Of a DNA stretch of 64,000 bases, positions 60,452 through 64,000 are shown piece after piece. The stretch spans positions 24,141-88,140 of the forward strand of contig JAMXCZ010000001.1 in NCBI GenBank assembly GCA_024542975.1, read 5' to 3'. The notes under the pieces were generated by a model that was not told the origin of the DNA, did no database searches, and saw only the letters and a list, made by a program, of their open reading frames with translations. This stretch comes from Candidatus Omnitrophota bacterium. Its GTDB lineage: Bacteria; Omnitrophota; Gorgyraeia; JABMRN01; RBG-13-46-9. Every line of letters starts with the position of its first letter. Position 1 is the first letter of the stretch. The position numbers and the translations under genes were made by a program.

Positions 60452-61441
60452 TCACGCCAGTCGCACAGCGAGCTTTATCGCCTCGATCATTGACGAAGGG
60501 TCTGCTGTGCCCTTTCCTGCAATGTCAAATCCTGTGCCGTGATCTGGGGAGGTCCGGATGAACGGAAGTCCTATCGTAAGATTTACGCCCCTCTCAAACG
60601 CAACCATTTTCAGTGGTATCAATCCCTGGTCGTGATACATGCAGACTACAGCGTCGAATTCTTTGCGGTAGGCCTTATAGAAAAGCGTATCCGCCGGAAA
60701 GGGCCCGGATATTCCTTTTATTCGTTTGTTGAGATACGCTACGGCAGGCCGTATAACTCTGCCTTCTTCCTTTCCCAAAAGCCCGCTTTCACCGGCGTGT
60801 GGATTAAGAGAAGCGATACCGATTTTCGGGTAGCGTATTCTAAAAAATTTTTTTAGTGCATAATGGGTATTTTCTGCTGCCGTGATGATCTTCTCTTTTG
60901 ACAGCTCTCTCACGGCTTCTCCGAGCGGTAAATGCCGCGTTGCGAGGCTTACCTTCAAGGGCCCGCCTGTAAGCATCATGGTTATTTTTTTATATCCCGT
61001 AATGTCCGAAAAAAGCTCCGTATGGCCACTCCATTTATATCCTGCATTATTTATGGCCGCCTTATTTATGGGAGCGGTAACGATCGATGCTCTCCGGTCG
61101 CTCTTTACGATTACGATAGCGCGCAAAATATATTCTATCGACGCCTTGCCACTTAAGCGGTCTGCGTTATTCGATCGGAACTTTTTTTTGGCGGGGCGGG
61201 AAAAGTTATTTAAATCGATGAAATTAGCCGCACGCCCTACGGGTCTGATCAAAGAATCCGCGTCTATTTTTAACGCGCGCGCAACGTTCTGAAAAACCTC
61301 GTAGTCACCGATTACAAGCGGAATAAATTTTTTTGTGCGGGGAAGTTTTCGGAGCGCCTTTAATATTACCTCGGGGCCGATTCCTCTCGGGTCGCCACCG
61401 GTTATAACGACTAATTTCTTATCTGAATGCGATGTAGGCAT
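60452..61441 (-). CDS. pdxA: 4-hydroxythreonine-4-phosphate dehydrogenase
   Basis: …VITGGDPRGIGPEVILKA… and …SPDHGTGFDIAGKG…, PdxA family. Confidence 0.9.
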   Translation of the reverse strand: MPTSHSDKKLVVITGGDPRGIGPEVILKALRKLPRTKKFIPLVIGDYEVFQNVARALKIDADSLIRPVGRAANFIDLNNFSRPAKKKFRSNNADRLSGKASIEYILRAIVIVKSDRRASIVTAPINKAAINNAGYKWSGHTELFSDITGYKKITMMLTGGPLKVSLATRHLPLGEAVRELSKEKIITAAENTHYALKKFFRIRYPKIGIASLNPHAGESGLLGKEEGRVIRPAVAYLNKRIKGISGPFPADTLFYKAYRKEFDAVVCMYHDQGLIPLKMVAFERGVNLTIGLPFIRTSPDHGTGFDIAGKGTADPSSMIEAIKLAVRLA

Positions 61442-62378
61442 TTTCTTTTAGCCTGGCAATCAGATGTCCGAGTTTCACTTGCCTTTTCCTGCTGACTAAG
61501 GACTGCTCGATTCCTTCTTTTTCTTCTGCAAAGCTCTTTGTGCTTTCTTCTACCCTGTCCTCTACCCTGAACAAATGAAATCCAAGCTTCGTCTCTAAAA
61601 TACCCGAAATCTCGCCTACTTGCATATCAAACACAAGCGTGTCCATCCTTGCGATAAGCTGCCCCCTTTTGACCCAGGCCATATCGCCGCCTTTATCAGC
61701 ATAAGGCCCATCGGAATACTGTCTTGCCAAAAGTCCGAAATCGCTTCCTTCTCTTAGCCTGTATAGAATCTTTTGCGCCACCTTCAGAGCTTCGTCTCTC
61801 GTGCGATCTTTGCTTGTCTTAACGAGTATGGCCCGGAGCTTCACCTTAAGCGGCTCTTTGAACTCAGATTTATGGGTTTTGTAGTAATCCAGGATTTCAG
61901 TCGGCGAAACCGAAATCTTCCCCATAACTTCTGAATTGATAAGCTTCTCTATCCTGAGCCATTCCTTGAATCGTTTTTTTAATTCACTCAAACGCAGGTT
62001 CTCCTGTATCAGGCTAATTTCAAACTCTTCCTCGCTGGAAAAGCGCCTCCTTACCTCCCTAACCTTAGCCTCTATCTCATCGTCGGTGGCTTCGATTTTC
62101 CGCCTTTTCGCTTCGCCGAGGAGGATTTTATCGTCGACAAGCCTCTCAATCACACTACGCCTGGCCGTGTCAATTCTTTCTGCGAGTTCCTGCCCGCTAT
62201 AAATATTTCTATGCTTCGCGTAGATCGGCAAAAGTATTTTGTCGACTTCGCTCTGCGTGATAACATAGTCGTTAACAATAACGACTATCTTATCTATAAC
62301 TTCGGCATGCGTGTCGGGAACGCAACAACGAAAAAGTAGATATACCGTAAGACATAAAAATTTTGTTTTTTTCAGCAT
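61419..62378 (-). CDS. surA: SurA-like periplasmic chaperone / parvulin-type peptidyl-prolyl isomerase
   Basis: Signal peptide, SurA-N-like region, parvulin domain (…GGDMAWVKRGQL…GFHLFRVEDR…). Upstream of pdxA-ksgA as in E. coli surA-pdxA-ksgA. Confidence 0.8.
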   Translation of the reverse strand: MLKKTKFLCLTVYLLFRCCVPDTHAEVIDKIVVIVNDYVITQSEVDKILLPIYAKHRNIYSGQELAERIDTARRSVIERLVDDKILLGEAKRRKIEATDDEIEAKVREVRRRFSSEEEFEISLIQENLRLSELKKRFKEWLRIEKLINSEVMGKISVSPTEILDYYKTHKSEFKEPLKVKLRAILVKTSKDRTRDEALKVAQKILYRLREGSDFGLLARQYSDGPYADKGGDMAWVKRGQLIARMDTLVFDMQVGEISGILETKLGFHLFRVEDRVEESTKSFAEEKEGIEQSLVSRKRQVKLGHLIARLKENAYIAFR

Positions 62379-62385
62379 GGTTATA

Positions 62386-63252
62386 TCAATTTTCTTCGGG
62401 ATTTTCGCCGGGAGATATGCTTTCTAAGAGGTTCGCATTAACGGTAATTTGTGCGTTTTCTTTAAGCCTTGAAACAAGTTTATTGAAGCGGATTTTCTTT
62501 TTAAGCCTTGACAGGGCTTGCTCAATGGAATCGCGCACTTCGACAAGCTCTTTTGCTTCGGGCTTCGTGCGTTCCGTGAGCTTAATAATGTGATACCCGA
62601 ACTTCGTCTTTACTACCCCGGATATTTCATCGACTTTCATGTCAAAACAGGCATCTTCGAATTCCGGCACCAATTGAGTTCTGGTAAAATAACCTATGTC
62701 GCCACCCGCCTCGGAAGTAGGGTCTATGGAGCGAGCGCGTGCAAGGTCTTCAAAATTCTTGCCGCTTGAAAGCTCCGCCAAAATGCTGTCCGCCTCTTCC
62801 TGGGACCTGACCAAAATATGAGATGCGCGCAGTGACTCTTGAGTCGCAAACCTGTATTTATTTGCGCTGTAATAGTCCTTTATCTCGGCCTCATCCACCA
62901 CAACCTTGTCCTCGACCTCATCCTTCAAAAGGCGAGCCATTACAATCTTTTTTTTCGCTTCCTTAAAAAGACGCCGGACTTCCTCTTTTTGGTCCAACTT
63001 TTTTGCCATGGCCTCGTTAAACAGAAGCCGGTCTACAATGAGTTCGTCAAGAAACACCCTCTGGTTCTTGCTGACAACGTCCTGATATCGCGCAGGCAAT
63101 TTGGATATTATCTCGTTGAATTCGCCCAGTGTAATCTCCTCGATCTCATTGATGGTAGCCAAGACTTTCTCATTGTTGCGTTTCGCACATCCGTTATTCA
63201 AAGCCAATACAAAAACTATTCCAACGAAAATATGTACCATTTTTATATTCAT
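62386..63252 (-). CDS. Second SurA/PrsA-like parvulin peptidyl-prolyl isomerase (paralog)
   Basis: Signal peptide MNIKMVHIFVGIVFVLALNNGCA. Parvulin domain …GGDIGYFTRTQLVPEFEDACFDMKVDEISGVVKTKFGYHIIKL… . The ORF-finder extension to 63372 was rejected. Confidence 0.75.
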   Translation of the reverse strand: MNIKMVHIFVGIVFVLALNNGCAKRNNEKVLATINEIEEITLGEFNEIISKLPARYQDVVSKNQRVFLDELIVDRLLFNEAMAKKLDQKEEVRRLFKEAKKKIVMARLLKDEVEDKVVVDEAEIKDYYSANKYRFATQESLRASHILVRSQEEADSILAELSSGKNFEDLARARSIDPTSEAGGDIGYFTRTQLVPEFEDACFDMKVDEISGVVKTKFGYHIIKLTERTKPEAKELVEVRDSIEQALSRLKKKIRFNKLVSRLKENAQITVNANLLESISPGENPEEN

Positions 63253-63311
63253 AGCCTCTTTTACCTCTATATTGTGGTATATATTAGCACGGATGCACCC
63301 CACGCGCAAGT

Positions 63312-64000
63312 CTAAAGACCGTCCCCTTGTTTTGGTTTTAGAGCTTCTATTGAGTCTCGGAGCAGCCTGCAATACAAGTCGAACCCTATGCTATCTATGT
63401 AGCCGTGCTGTTCCATGCCCAGAAGGTTTCCTGCGCCCCTAATTTGCAGGTCTTGCATGGCTATTTTGAAGCCTGAACCCAATTCCTGGTATTTTTTTAT
63501 GGTGCTGAGCCTTCTTTGAACGTCTCCGGTCAGGGTCCCCATGTTCCCGACAATCAGGTAGCACCACGCCCGGCGATTGAACCGGCCTACCCTGCCGCGT
63601 AGCTGGTAAAGGCCTGCCAGGCCGAACCTGTCTGCATTATTAATAAAAATGGTATTCGCATTTGGTATGTCTATTCCCGATTCGATAATCGTGGTGCAAA
63701 CTAAAATATCGATATTCCCTTTTATAAACTCGCCCATTGTGCTTTCCAGGTTCTTTTCGTTCATCTGGCCGTGAGCTACCGCAATCCTTGATTCCGGGGA
63801 CATCCTTTTTATCCGCTCGCATATCTTCTCGATGTCCTCCACCCTATTGTGGACAAAATAAATTTGCCCGCGCCTTTTTATTTCCTTTTTTATGGCCTCG
63901 CGTATAACGCGGGTATCGAATTCCGTAATATGCGTTTTCACCGGAAGGCGCTCCAAAGGAGGGGTATCGATTACGGATATATCCCGGCCTCCCATAAGGG
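63312..64000 (-). CDS. mfd: Transcription-repair coupling factor Mfd (C-terminal part; gene continues beyond window end)
   Basis: Helicase C-terminal motifs (…ILVCTTIIESGIDIPNANTIFINNADRFGLAGLYQLRGRVGR…) and TRCF C-terminal domain. Confidence 0.9.
   Translation of the reverse strand, partial: LMGGRDISVIDTPPLERLPVKTHITEFDTRVIREAIKKEIKRRGQIYFVHNRVEDIEKICERIKRMSPESRIAVAHGQMNEKNLESTMGEFIKGNIDILVCTTIIESGIDIPNANTIFINNADRFGLAGLYQLRGRVGRFNRRAWCYLIVGNMGTLTGDVQRRLSTIKKYQELGSGFKIAMQDLQIRGAGNLLGMEQHGYIDSIGFDLYCRLLRDSIEALKPKQGDGL

Noticed and set aside
1-64000. CRISPR arrays, cas genes, toxin-antitoxin pairs, restriction-modification systems
   Set aside because: No regularly spaced short direct repeats or recognisable Cas, TA or RM protein families were found in any frame.

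Overview
This window is a bacterial chromosomal segment that is almost entirely coding on the minus strand. I called every gene by reading the supplied six-frame translations and recognising conserved protein families; nothing here was computed or searched.

Main content, in order:
- Positions 1-24,000 hold a contiguous ribosomal/transcription super-operon in the canonical order. Start-to-end on the minus strand it runs rplK-rplA-rplJ-rplL, rpoB-rpoC, rpsL-rpsG-fusA-tuf, then the S10-spc block rpsJ-rplC-rplD-rplW-rplB-rpsS-rplV-rpsC-rplP-rpmC-rpsQ-rplN-rplX-rplE-rpsZ-rpsH-rplF-rplR-rpsE-rplO. L30 is absent. It is preceded by nusG-secE-tRNA-Trp.
- A second tuf copy follows, with the same 398-aa translation as the first, together with a frameshifted rpmG (L33).
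- The conserved tRNA operon thrU(TGT)-tyrU(GTA)-glyT(TCC)-thrT(GGT)-tufB is present but split by about 7 kb between tRNA-Gly and tRNA-Thr(GGT).
- That 7 kb block contains:
  - the window's only plus-strand gene, a 1,220-aa secreted subtilisin (S8) fused to a seven-blade TolB/PD40-like beta-propeller, an IPT domain and a C-terminal dockerin;
  - a LamG-domain gene fragment and two large inverted-repeat structures;
  - an HTH/LAGLIDADG-like ORF that reads through tRNA-Thr;
  - a three-gene envelope cluster of a SurA-N-like lipoprotein, a HAMP-only membrane protein and a secreted HExxH protein.
- The remainder is housekeeping: nnr, acpS, pdxJ, cdaA, folP, ftsH, tilS with an adjacent tRNA(CAT), apbE, fhs, rnhB, rplS, trmD, rpsP, murA, prmC, prfA, rpmE, rho, coaE, polA, tsaD, ctpA, gatCAB, ksgA, pdxA, two tandem SurA-like parvulins and a partial mfd.
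- Embedded in the housekeeping stretch is an unusual pair: a bactofilin fused to an excisionase-type HTH, next to an HTH protein with a C-terminal TM helix.

Other oddities are an L24 with a C-terminal Cys4 motif, and an rplL with a Shine-Dalgarno-supported 35-aa K/E-rich N-terminal extension. Lysine-rich tails recur on several r-proteins and on rpoC. Two tandem hairpins with a compensatory change sit in the rpsJ-rplC intergenic region.
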